A model generated the notes under the pieces. That model saw only the letters and a program-made list of their open reading frames with translations. It did not search any database and was not told the origin of the DNA. A stretch of 64,000 nucleotides of DNA from NCBI RefSeq assembly GCF_006345805.1, contig NC_043003.1, forward strand, positions 30,380,001-30,444,000. The letters are read 5' to 3'. How positions within the stretch are numbered: the stretch's first letter is position 1; each line of letters opens with the position of its first letter. The DNA comes from Octopus sinensis. Its lineage: Eukaryota. Positions 1 through 12,409 of the stretch are shown here, in pieces. The translations under genes and the position numbers were made by a program.

Positions 1-2
1 TA

Positions 3-71
3 CATACTAACACAGGTGAGAAACCATACCACTGTGATATCTGTGGTAAAATATTTTCAGGAATTTCTTAA
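3..71 (+). CDS. 3' end of a C2H2 zinc-finger gene (ZNF0) running in from the left edge
   Basis: The frame starting at nt 3 reads [22 protein letters not shown] (TAA at 69-71): a TGEKPY linker plus a truncated last finger. The 3' flank is homologous to that of ZNF1. Confidence 0.8.
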   Translation, partial: HTNTGEKPYHCDICGKIFSGIS

Positions 72-769
72 CTTTTTAGAAGCCATACTACTGATCATTA
101 TCATTTTTTGCTGCAGACTAACTGGAATGTTAGAGTCCAAGTCAGTTCTTATTCAATGTGGCTGATTGAAGATTACATTTCATCCTTACTTAATATTTTG
201 ACAAGGCTTCTACATCAGGATTCCCTTCCTAAATGTAAACCACTTGATAGAGTGTAATGGTTGCATTTTATGTTGACACAAGCACTAAGAGGACAGAGTG
301 GTAATGGTAATGGATGGGTTGGTTTTGTGGACCCAGTGGTAGAATGCATCAGTCTACTTGCCATGCCTATAGGGGTTGGTTGGTTAATTAGAGTACACGA
401 CAAATTTTATTAGAGATCTTGAATTAGTTTTTTGCCTTTTACAATCTTCTTTTAAAAATAAACTGCTGTAACACCCATATGCACACATACATATTCTTGT
501 ATATGTGTAAAGAAAATATACATCAAAGGACACAGGAAGAACAAAGTTTGGCAAACATGGTATTAGCTTAATGATTTAATGGAAAGTGTTATATTCCTAT
601 CAGTTTGGATCTTATTTCTACATCACTAGAAAAGAAAGAAATAGAGATGTAGAGGGGAGTGAGAAAGAGAAATATTCTGTGAAGAAAAATAAGGTGAAGA
701 GTTAATAACCAGGTGTGAATGCTCTTCTGTTGGGAGTAGAGAGTTAAGAAGAATAGAGTGGGTGTATGT

Positions 770-1065
770 CATCATCATCATTTAACATCCACTTTCCATG
801 TTGGCATGGGTTGGACTGTTTCACTGAGGACTGGCAAGCCAGGAGGCTGCACCAGACCCCAATCTGATCTGGCAAGGTTTCTACAGCTGATGCTCTTCCT
901 AATGCCAATAACTCCGAGAGTGTAGTGGGTGCTTTTACATGCCACCAGTCAGGCAGCACTGGCATCAATCACACTCAAATGGTGTTTTATGTGCCACTGG
1001 CACAGGAGCCAGTCCAGCGGGACTGGCATTGGCCATGACTGATTTTACTTGACTCAGTAGGTCAG
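770..1065 (-). mobile_element. SINE-like interspersed repeat with (CAT)n/(ATG)n tail (family B)
   Basis: Starts catcatcatcatttaacatccactttccatgttggcatgggttgg. Related copies at 20688-20835 (+), 22175-22610 (-), 28365-28500 (+), 29370-29600 (-) and 56190-56330 (-). Confidence 0.7.
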
Positions 1066-4000
1066 ATCCAAATATCAATGGCTATCTGTGTCTATGAGGA
1101 GTTATGTGTATGTATGTTAATGTAGTGTAGGTATGGCATTGATTAATAGGAGCTGGGTGTTTGTCATTGATGAAGCATAAGGGAAGGCAAGAACAAGATG
1201 GATGGTGTGAATGCAAATGTATAATAAAAGTATGAAACGTCTTAACAAAGAAGGTTTAAGCATAAGTACAAAATTAGAGCAGTATACTTGGATTCTGTAA
1301 TGAAAAGAAAAGTAAAAGAATTTGGTAAATGGGTTGAGTCCAGAAGATGGTAAGATGTGCCCAAGAAACCGCTATGTTTTATACAAACCAGTTACAGGAA
1401 TAAGCAGTTGCAGATTTTTTTTTCTTTTTTGCATAATTTCTAATGACATATACATACACACAAAAAGTAATTTTACAATTCTTGGTTCATAGTTAATTTT
1501 GTAAAACAGACAGTTTTGAGACAAGGGAGACCTTATGTTTTTGGTATGCTGTGGTTACTGTAGTTGGTGTTATTAACAATATGTGAATAGATTTAACAAA
1601 CCAAAAGTTTCAGTTCAAGTTTTCAAAATTTACTTTTGTATTGACAGCAAATATATATCTTTTGCAAAACCTTCAGTCTTCTTAAGGGATACAGTAATTG
1701 GTTACATGTACAATTTCCCAGAGAGAGTAAGATGGAATTTATGCTCTCCAATAAGTAGGGATTTGTTGAAAATATTCTAGATATTTTCTGGGCAGATAAT
1801 TTCTTTGGTTTTAATGCCTTGAAATAAAATGGGATATTTAGGTGAAGTTTTCCCTAATGCTGAAGTATATTTGTAAATGACAATTCCCTTGCAGTACATG
1901 GCATTGATTCTTGTGTAGTTTCTCAGGTGAGGTTTCCCAATGAGAAAACAGAAAACATGATTTAATGGACACATTACAAACCTTACTTTTTCATAAATGA
2001 CCACTTGTATAACCACAAATTTGCCTTCAAATCATGAGAGTATCTCCCTCATAAATAAATTTTTTAAAAAACCTCCAGAAGTTTAATGTAGACTTCATTT
2101 CTCTGATTTAAACTAAGATTTTGGCACTAAACCAACCCTTTGCTTTATCCTTTGAACAACTATACAAGACCTTTCAAATAAAACCAGCAGTGTACCACAC
2201 AACAGTCTCCCATATAGCAATGATACCAAAACAAAATTACTAAAATAAACAGCATAGTTTATGAGTTTCTTCACAGTGGTTCTCTTATGTCACTCCTTAG
2301 GACTACATATTGAATTTGTTCACCAACATTAAATGTTCATTGATTAATCCTTCCAAAGTGGGACAGGCTAAGTAACTAAGCATTTTTTTTATTCTTTCAA
2401 TTTTGATATTAGATAAGCTACTTAATTAGTTCAATAAAACTGCTATTGTCAATTGGTTCTATGATATTGCTGGCAAACTAATCTGAAAATTGAACCAGTT
2501 TAATATCCTTTCATATCAAATACTAAAGTCTCTGGAATTTGTGAGACAGTTGAATATGATTAAGGATTTTGATATTAGAATAGTTACAGATTTAGGGTGT
2601 CTGTTGTACTGTGATAACATACTAGGACAAAAAGTAAGATAACCTGCTATGATTAATATTTCAGATTACCTATCCTGGATGTCTTCAAGGAGCATATATA
2701 CTTCTCTCCCACATCATGAGTTTGTACGGACAATGTCCTGAGAATTACAAGTAATGAGAAAAAATAGAAAGGGGAAAACATGAAGGAGAGAGAGAGAAGG
2801 TCTATATTACTCTGTATTTTTGTGTTAAAATCACAGGTACAATTGAAATTGTGTCAAAAATCTATAAATTCATGTTCTAATATAAAGTGAAATAACCTTA
2901 AATAGCTGTGGATATTACACTTTTATCTTTTACATGTTCCAGGTCAAAACCTGTGGCCATGCTGGGGCATTGCCATAACCCTCCCACTTTTTTGTTATTA
3001 AGTTTAAATGCTTCTCAATATGAAAATAAGCATATACATGGGCAGAAGGGAATGTAGACATGATAGTTACCTAGACAGACAGACAGGTAGGTAGATAAGC
3101 TCAGCGCTATATCAAAAGTTATGCAAATAGATTACTGAAATGAAATAAAAATCTCGGTAAATAACTCAAACTGAGCCTTGGTGGTTGTTGGACAGCAAAC
3201 TAGTTTGTTTACCATTTAAAAAAAAATTCTGTCCGTACATGCGCATTAATGCTTTTAATTATCTGTTCAATTGAAACATTTGTTTATTAAATATGGACAA
3301 TGTTAGAAGACAGCTAAAAAGAGAAAGAACAAGGAGGATTACTTTTCAAATATAAGCATGCAATACATGTAGGATGTGTCAGCCTCCACAATAATTTCAT
3401 TGGAGCCACTTCAATAACAAATGCACTTCCTAGTACCTCACATAAAGCTGGTTCCAAATGACTCCAACCTTACTTTCATTTTGGAATGAGTTTAGTTCCC
3501 TGTAAGGCTCTCCTGCTCTGTGACAATAAATAAGGCACAGAGATACTTAGAAAAATTGGAATATTGTTGCTACCTCCTATGGAAATTGTCTGATATTACA
3601 GTAAGACGAGTTGAGACCAACAGACGAGGCAAACTGGAAGGTAAAACTCTTACAAAAGCATCTGTATAAAGAAATGCTGCAAGAGTAGAATTTATATGTG
3701 TGCCATTCATATTACATTCTGTTCATACAGTTTCTCAAATATTTTCTGTGATCACATGCAATGTATATTTTATACACATTTAAATTAGTTCATTGTTTTG
3801 GATTTCTGTTTATATATGTATGTCACATACAGTTTGTATAGTCCCATTTGTAATTCAGTAAGTTTCTGTTTTTTCCTATGAAAATACAGTTTGTATTTAT
3901 TTATTTATTTACTTTGTAAATATGTAATAAAGATTGTAATTAATAAACATTTAATATATATGAATAAGTTTTATCTTTTTAATAAATCTTTTATTTCCTC

Positions 4001-5899
4001 AAACTATAAAGCATATCATATCTGTCAAATGTATTACAAGGAGGTAAATAGCAATACAATCGAAATTCATTTCAGTTATGTCTAAAATCACTTTTGATTA
4101 AATAACAGGATATCAAAAGAATTTTAAAAATTCCTTGCTTGTGTTTAATATACTAAAATAATGGTTTCAAATGTGCTGACTTACACTGTGGAATTTCCGC
4201 AGGTTCTGCTAGCCACTATCAATTTAAATAGTCAATTATTTAGGCATTCTATGGCCTGAAAGTCAGGTAAGATTTACCTCCACAAGAAGCTTAAGTAAAA
4301 GGTCCTATGCATGCACAGTATTTCCTTCATCCTTAGCAGTTGGCATTGCTGAAAGACTCTAATTTCACCTCAAAAAATTCAATCTCCCTTTCAGTTTAGA
4401 TGTCGATGAATATAGTTGCAAACTATCCCAAATTAAATACCATTTCTTGAGGACCCATAAATATCACCAGCATCTATAATATCATGGTTAGTTACTCTTG
4501 TTTAAACAACTACTCTTTAAACTGCATGCTATAATGCAAATAGCGTACATATATGGAGCCTCAACTCTTGACACCTAATTCAACTGCTGAAATCATTCTC
4601 ATTGTTCAGCAAGGGTTCTATCTTTCTGAAACAGTGGTTTGTAGGGTGAACCTCACTTTTCCTGATTGTCTTTTGCAGAAAAATTTGCATGGCATATACA
4701 CTCTACTGGGGTCTTTCACCTACCCTTTTCTAACTCTTAATCTTGTTTTCTATGAGTTTTACTCCAAAATATTAAATTTCTGTTTTTTCTCATTACAGTT
4801 GTACGTTACTGCCTTTATACACTCTATTACATGTTTTGAGTGTGTGTTTTGCTGCTTGTTTACCTTTCAGTGCCTATAATTATGTGTGCATGTATATATG
4901 AAGTCATAGTCAGGTTAGGTGTGGGGTCATGTGCTGTTGTTGCGTTCACCATTTGTCAGTATATTCCCAGGTCCTCCTGAGTGATCTGTTAAGCAGAGTC
5001 CCAGTTAGTCCCCAACTCTGTAAGATACTTCCTCATCTACTGTGACCATATGGCATGTGATAAACTAACATGTACTGTCAGACCATCAGTGAACAGAACG
5101 CTAACTCTGAAAATCAAGCATCATGATCAAACTATCTGAGCTGGCACTCACAAATCATACAGCAGAATGCATTCCAGTTTCTGATTATAGTCATTGGTTA
5201 GATATGAAATTTGACTGATGGTAACCAATAATCCTGTGAAGTGTCCTTGTACCAAAGGAATTCTGATGTATCTAAAGGCTGCAGACAAAGTTCAAGTCTC
5301 ACAATTATAGAGCAAGATGGGGAGGATGAGAAACCTAAAGATCTGAACCTTTTCCTCAGCAGCACCAAATACACTCATCCAATGAGTCAACAAGTGCACC
5401 AGCTCATGCAAGTCTTTTTAGAACTTCAGACTCACAGTTAATGCTGCTATGAATCTCATTGCTGAGATAAATGAAGCAATCAACAATACTTAGTTTGAAA
5501 GAAAATGAGACAAGTTAATGTTTGGTACTATTGGTGTGAGTAAATTAAAACCAGTTGCAAGGGAGGTATTCTATGCTGGCTCTCTGTTGGGTTGTTGACT
5601 GCATGTAAATGATAAACAACACTCATAAACAATTAATGGAAGTTTTATTTACTGCACATAGTGTTTTCCACATTGGTCTTTAGATAAAAAAATTAAAAAA
5701 TTATACACACAGGGAGAGACAAACTCTGGTGGTTAAAACAAAATAGCTGGTATGTATAAGTTTATGATCAAGCCATCACAGCTGGATAAATACAGGGTTA
5801 AATTCCTGATGGCATATCTGTACCTCGAACCTGCTTGACTGGAGTATAGAAACATGAGTATGAAGTTGTTAAAACAACTGTCTTGGTTTTCTCTATCTG

Positions 5900-6270
5900 C
5901 AAATGACTGGAGAAGGAATTGAGAATGGAGTTGTCACCAACGAATTCCCTCAAGCAGCATCTTTCCAACCATTTGTCCTCCTTCAGAGTTCTGGAAAGGA
6001 GATGCATAGCATCACTGGCCAGTCACGTCTGGCAACTAAGAGATGACAGGATACCATTCTTGTTCTCATGGAAAATCTTTGAAAACCCTGGCTCCTACAT
6101 TAAACGGGATGAAATGTTGCAAGTTATGCATTGCTGAACACATGAGAATCCTAAAAGACTCGTTCATACCAGGCTTGCAGTTTAGAAGATTCTTGCTAGC
6201 GTTTTGGAATCTGCAAGGTGACAGCACAGCCGGAAGTTGATAGCCAAGGCTGAAGGGAGACAATCATTTA
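5900..6270 (+). mobile_element. Penelope-like element fragment, GIY-YIG endonuclease C-terminal part (decayed)
   Basis: Translation TNSLKQHLSNHLSSFR...SLASHVWQLRDDRIPFLFSWKIF...(fs)KCCKLCIAEHMRIL matches the PLE endonuclease pattern FKxRxxNHxSSFR / LSxxIWxLK / WKI / CxLC. Confidence 0.7.
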
Positions 6271-7679
6271 CCTTCGTAATTTTTGGTGACACCCCCACCC
6301 ACTATTTCTCTAAATTATAGCAAGCTTTAAGTTTTTTTCCCTAAATTCATTTTGCCACAAACATAGCAAAAAGAAGCAATGTAAGCGTTTTGTTTTTTAG
6401 TACTGATGTAAATTGTGTTTTTAAAATGGTTTATCCTTTATATTGGAAATTTATATGGTTGTCTGCATTTGAAGAGAGTTGTGTCTTTCAAATTGATGTA
6501 ATGTTTTCATTGATCGATTAAATGAAGCTGCTTGAAACAGCCAATATTATTTTGTTTGGTGCGTATCAAAATACAATGTTGACAATATAGTTATTTCCCT
6601 TGATTGTTTCCTATTTCTCTTCACTTCCTGCTATAAATAGCTGCATATGTACGTTACAGTATCATTTTCACCTAACAAATGTTATTTAGATGATCGAATT
6701 GAATATAGATGATTCGTCATGAACTCTGCAAGAAATAGGTTCGTTATTCTTTATTATGTGGACCTGGAAATGGAAATTAATATATGATGTAAAAGTTCTT
6801 TTGAAGTTATCATTGTTTCCTCTACCTCAGGTTCTCCTTATTTGTGTATGTATTACTTATTCTTCATTGGATTTATATGAATACGTATTATTAATATAAT
6901 GTGGTAAACAGCAGTTTACATACACGCGTTTGTTTTGTTCTCTATAAAAGAAAGAGAAGAAAATGTATCATTTACGAAAGTAAAATATTTTTGTTTAAAG
7001 TAAAGATGATTTTGTTACTTTTACTCCAGTCCATTCCTAAATTTCCCAATTCCAAGCTAAAGCCCGAATTCCCACATTATCGCTTGACCTGCTAGAAATA
7101 ACCAGATCGCATCCTCATTAAAAAAGTGAAATACATTTCATTATATAGTCGGCAAACATTCGATCGCCATATAGTCTTGGTTGGATACAGTATACCTAAA
7201 AAGGACGGCTGAAATAACTTTCATTCCTTTGATGCTAAGGATGTGCAAGCAGAAGTGACCAAGTGCTAAACAAAAGGAAATATTGGACAAAATAGTTCTC
7301 ATGCGATTTTTGTATTTAAAGTATACCACTTTTAGTTTTGTAACTGAAAGTGTCACACCCCAGAGATAATGATCCAAAGCAATCGCTGAATCGACTGTAG
7401 AATAGATTCAACATTTCATATAACGCTTCGAGGATTTTTCCATTTTCTTTTTACCACGCGGGTATACAAATGATGTTTTATGAAAACATTCTTTGAACAT
7501 TTATGATTTTTTTTTACACACTCCCCCCTATCCTACCCTCACCCAATCCAAACCGATTTGGGGCAATTTCTTTTTTGCCTTATGCACTTTAAAACGATTG
7601 ATGAAGCCATTTCAGAAAATATTTTAGATAAAAACGTATACCAAATATACCATCATAACACGTGAATAAAGAAGTAAAG

Positions 7680-7939
7680 GTAACTATTCTAATATTCCAA
7701 ATATTCATTTTAAAAATGTATACATCCTGAGAATTTTTAATGAAATTATATAAAGTGACCTACGTGATTGTCAGGCTGATGATCTATAATATCCACACTC
7801 TGTATCTTTTCTGTAGATATTTACTCTCTCTTCCTTTTTGTTCTATCTTTCAATATTTATGATTTAGTATCATCTCTCTAACACAATTTGCGTTGACTTA
7901 TAATAGCCTCTTATATATTATGCTGTCCCTATGTTTCAG
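7680..7939 (+). other. Putative 5'-UTR intron of ZNF1
   Basis: Donor aaag|gtaact at 7680 and acceptor tgtccctatgtttcag|g at 7939. The donor context (tgaataaagaa...aaaggtaactat) recurs at 21851-21893 upstream of ZNF2. No transcript evidence. Confidence 0.35.
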
Positions 7940-8443
7940 GATATTTGGTAATATTGATGTGACAATTTCCCACAGAAGACACGTCAGCAGATCAATGAAT
8001 TATCTGGAAGACTAAAGAATGACTTCATGAGGATAACATGATAGAGGTCTTCTAACTTGAAATTGACTGGAAGTGTATGTTCTGGCTTGATTATGTATGG
8101 TTGAACTCAAGAAATTTAATAGAAAACATCACCAGCCTTTTGTGTAATGCCTAAGGTATCTGAGTATACTTTGAGAACTGAATATCATGTGTGACAGGAT
8201 TGGATTTAATCTAAAAATTATAATTAAGGCGAATGACTTTTATCTGAAAAGAGTATATGCGATATAACTATAAAAAATATTCCAAATTTTAATTTATATT
8301 ATCCCTAAAAATAATCTGTATCTTCATAAATTCCTGCCCAGTAATCTAACATCTTAATCACAGTATCATTTTGCTTTATAAAACATTGAATTTTTAAAAA
8401 AAACTAAATATAAAGAAGGAATTCTATTTGTATTCTGTGAGGA

Positions 8444-9844
8444 ATGAATAACATGGAAGAGAGATTGAGTGAGAATGAGGAAATACAATATGAGGATAAT
8501 GATTTTCTTCAACCAGATAAAAAAGATATGCAGATGAAATCATATGGCTGTGACATCAGTGCAAACCCCTCCATGAAAGTTAAGGACACCAGTGAACACA
8601 ATTTACTTGATACAAAATCAAATGTTTACCACAGTAAATTTTGTGATAAAGAGTTTACTACATGTGGTTCTTTGCTATCACACAAATGTACTCACACAGA
8701 TGAGAAAACATGTTTCTGTGATATCTGTGGTAAAATTTTCTCTTGTAAGGATGACTTGACTGTTCACAAATGTACACAAACAAGTAAGAAAACACTTAAC
8801 TGTGATGTCTGTGGGAAAATGTTTTATAAGAACTATGATTTAACTCGTCATGTACGTATTCACACAGGTGAAAAACCATTCCGCTGTGATATCTGTGGTA
8901 AAACATTTTGCCAGCAGTCTCAATTAAATCTTCACAGACGTACTCACACAGGTGAGAAACCATATCATTGTGATATCTGTGGTAAAACATTCTCTACAAA
9001 TACTTTAACTCGTCATATACGTACACACACAGGTGAAAAACCATACCACTGTAATAACTGTGGCAAATCATTTTCTCGAAATTATAAATTGACTAGTCAC
9101 AAATGTACTCAAACTAATGAGAAACTACACCCCTGTGATATCTGTGGTAAAACATTCTCTCAGAATTCTGTCTTAGTTCATCACATGCGTATTCATAGAG
9201 GTGAGAAACCTTACCACTGTGATATCTGTGGCAAAAAATTTTCTGGAAGTTCTCACTTAACTCGTCATGTACGTACTCACACAGGTGAGAAACCTTACCA
9301 CTGTGATATCTGTGGCAAAAAATTTTCTGGAAGTTCTCACTTAACTCGTCATGTACGTACTCACACAGGTGAGAAACCTTACCACTGTGATATCTGTGGC
9401 AAAAAATTTTCTGGAAGTTCTCACTTAACTCGTCATGTACGTACTCACACAGGTGAGAAACCATACCGCTGTGATATTTGTGGCAAAACATTCTTTTGTA
9501 ATAGTGAATTGACTATACACATATTTAGTCACACAGGTGAGAAACCACATCATTGTGTTATCTGTGGTAAAACATTTACTACAAAATTTCACTTAACTCG
9601 TCACACACGAACTCACACAGGTGAAAAACCATACCATTGTGATATATGTGATAAATCATTTTCCACAAATTATCAGTTAACTGTTCACAAATGTTCTTAC
9701 ATGAGTGCGAATGCATACTACTGTGGTATCTGTGGTAAAACATTTTACCGACATGGAGATTTCACTATTCACAAGCGTACTCACACAGGTGAAAGTATGC
9801 CACTGATATCTGTGCTGAAACATTCCAAGGAAATTCTCACTTGA
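8444..9844 (+). CDS. Poly-C2H2 zinc-finger protein ZNF1, 466 aa: 13 fingers (10 C2H2, 3 ending H-K-C without the last His) plus degenerate N-terminal fingers
   Basis: Uninterrupted ORF with repeated CxxC-x12-HxxxH and TGEKPY linkers, a short acidic N-terminus and no recognisable effector domain. The second ATG (8453, MEERL) matches the start context of the paralogs. Confidence 0.92.
   Translation: MNNMEERLSENEEIQYEDNDFLQPDKKDMQMKSYGCDISANPSMKVKDTSEHNLLDTKSNVYHSKFCDKEFTTCGSLLSHKCTHTDEKTCFCDICGKIFSCKDDLTVHKCTQTSKKTLNCDVCGKMFYKNYDLTRHVRIHTGEKPFRCDICGKTFCQQSQLNLHRRTHTGEKPYHCDICGKTFSTNTLTRHIRTHTGEKPYHCNNCGKSFSRNYKLTSHKCTQTNEKLHPCDICGKTFSQNSVLVHHMRIHRGEKPYHCDICGKKFSGSSHLTRHVRTHTGEKPYHCDICGKKFSGSSHLTRHVRTHTGEKPYHCDICGKKFSGSSHLTRHVRTHTGEKPYRCDICGKTFFCNSELTIHIFSHTGEKPHHCVICGKTFTTKFHLTRHTRTHTGEKPYHCDICDKSFSTNYQLTVHKCSYMSANAYYCGICGKTFYRHGDFTIHKRTHTGESMPLISVLKHSKEILT
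9199..9462 (+). repeat. Perfect 84-bp coding tandem repeat, 3 copies plus 12 bp (three identical fingers)
   Basis: Units start at 9199, 9283 and 9367 (partial unit at 9451) and are nucleotide-identical; each encodes [28 protein letters not shown]. Confidence 0.95.
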
Positions 9845-9975
9845 TTTATAATGTATGTACTTCTATAGGTGTAAAATTATATTACTGTGATATCTGTAAT
9901 AAGTAATTTTCTCAGGATTATATACTGACTATTCACAGTTGTACTCCCACAAGTTAGAACCCATATTACTGATCC
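9790..9975 (+). pseudogene. Fossil (frameshifted or stopped) zinc fingers at and after the ZNF1 stop
   Basis: After an apparent 4-nt deletion in the last linker, the shifted frame reads DICAETFQGNSHLIYNVCTSIGVKLYYCDICNK*FSQDYILTIHSCT. Confidence 0.8.
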
Positions 9976-12409
9976 ACATTATCATAGTTATTTTGTCTAC
10001 TGAATGTGTTGCTAGGGTCCAAGTCAGTTCTAATTTGTTATGGCTGCTCTTACTACTTAATATTTTGACACAGTTTCTACAGCAGGATTCTTTTCCTAAC
10101 TGTAAACCAATTTACAGTGTACTAGGTTCATTTTATCATGGCTCCAGCTCTAGAAAGATTGTCATGTCCTTGACATGACAGCCTCTCACTCTTCTCTGTG
10201 CTTGTTTGTTAGCCACTTTATGAACTTGTCTTCCACTCACAAGAGTTCTCACTTAACTACATTGTTTCTGTTTGTTAAGTACAACATAGAAGAGATGGAC
10301 TTTGGTCAGACAGATGAAGATACAATATTATAAAACAGAAACAATGATTGTGGTGACAGTATGGAAGAGGAGGGAGAAATGGAAAATGTATGAGGAGAAG
10401 TACTGGAAGAGACAAAGTGATGGCAAGAATGTGATGGATGTCATGTGGAGTAGTAGTTAGTCATACAGAAAGCTAGTGTTAGCTGCTGAGAGAATATGCA
10501 AAGTGATGAGTAGTTGAGACGATAATGGTTAGAGTGTGATGGATGTTAATAAAAGAGTGAAACGATGGAGAGGGAGTATGATTAGTTATGTGGGAGGGTA
10601 AATGGAGAGGTCTATTGGATAACAACATACCCAATGCAATCCTTCATTACTCAGGAACTATGATGAGAGAAAGAAAGGAGTAGTTTTGTATGGTGGTTGG
10701 TGAGAAAATGAGATCTCATGTCTTTCTGCATCAGAAAACTGTTACAGGTGAGGGGTGAAAGAAAGATGAGAGGATATTGAATAGGGATGAGAGGCAGCAG
10801 GAGATCAGTATGGACAAAATGGGCAAAAGATTGAGATATTAATATATTCCAGTCTCCCACCATTACTCCCATTTTAATGTACATTTTTCTATGCTTACAT
10901 AGATGGTTAGGTCTTCTCAAGCATCATGTATTACTAATCAACATAATCTTTTGTTGTTTTCTCTATGAGTTGTAACATCTTAATATGAGTTTTCCTTTCT
11001 TCACTCGAAGTCTTCCTTAATCTCTCTCTCTCTCTTTTACAGATTTCTTTCACATTGTACACAGTTCAGACTGTAAATATAGTAAAGTTACTGGGTCTTG
11101 GAGTGTAGTAGTCCTACATAAGTGATACAGAGGAGAGAATTTTTTAGTTTTGTGTGAGTGTGAGAGTTTGTGTTACTATTGTTTAACATTTACATTTTGC
11201 ATTTTCCCAATGGTTTGAAATTTATCTTTAAAAGTAGATAAAGGCTGTAGCTTATTTTTGTAAACATTGTTCCACGATGCTTATTATAAAAGCATCTATA
11301 TTATGCTAGACTGGAAAATGCAAGCAAAGGATAACAATATTAACTATTTAATATATCTGGAGAAATACAGGACAAGAAGTAAGCTTAGAATAAAAGATAA
11401 GAGTTTAAAATATTGCAGCTAAAATATAATTTGAATGGGTTTCCACTTGAATAAAACATTCAAATAAGCCAAGCCATTCAATACTGATCAACTTTCTTTC
11501 ACCTAAGAAGTAAACTTAAAATACAGCGACTAAATATAAAATTCGATAAAAATAATCTGATGCTTCATCATAAATTCCCATGTATCAAAAATTAATAAAT
11601 TAATATTCTCAAAGATTTTTGAAATAGAGATTCATTTTTGTTTATTTATTATTAATACAATGTTATAAAGATGATCTTTATTTTCTTTCATTATGATTAC
11701 CTCTATGACATCTGCATTTATTTGAGGAAAATTTAGATTTACCTGACAGGAAAATGAACTGACAAACTGTTAACTAAGTAAAAATTAATATTTTAAAAAT
11801 AAAGTAAAATAATTTTGCCAAAAATAAAACAAAGAACACATTTAATTACTTAAATAGGCTTAAATTTTACTATAGTCAGAAATTTTATTTATTTACCTAC
11901 TTTCTTTACATTTGTAAAAAAAATTTAGTAAATAAAATCTCCAAATTGTGGCGTGGTCATGAAGAAAGACGCTGTCAGTATATATGCATAAATTTTCATT
12001 GCATTAATACAGAAGGTGTTCATGCCATATAAGAAGTGTAAATTTTACATGAAATGCCGTATATTGTAAGTACAGAAGATCTTCATCAGAAATACACATT
12101 TAGGCTGATTCTTCACATCAATGCATATTCTTGCTGCCACGGTAGGTTTCTTCATCTGTCTCACAGGGTTGTTATGAGAACAGCTATTAGAACAAACTCC
12201 ACCAAAGATCAAATACACTCTTTTTTTTTTTTTGTTTTTGCACTAACCAGCTGTATTTGTAGGTCTGTTCACAGACGGTCCTAGCTATGCCTCCAGACTA
12301 TCATGTGAACAAAAAGCACTGATTGGACTAAAATGGGAGTCTGTACATATGATCAACTCATGAATTCCATATGGGCAAACATGAGGTCAAATTCAACTGT
12401 TATAAAGTC

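Noticed and set aside
3290-3660. CNTCRMCQPPQ*FHWSHFNNKC, faintly like a DHHC cysteine-rich region
   Set aside because: Many stops, no DHHC motif, and similarity too short to separate from chance without a search.
9199-9462. Regular repeats (84 bp here, 38 bp at 37683-37784) as CRISPR-like arrays
   Set aside because: No unique spacers, no cas genes and a eukaryotic context; these are simple tandem repeats.
8796-9491. Antisense ORFs over ZNF1 (also over ZNF2, ZNF3, ZNF4) with HRYHS repeats
   Set aside because: Reverse-complement shadows of the finger repeats.
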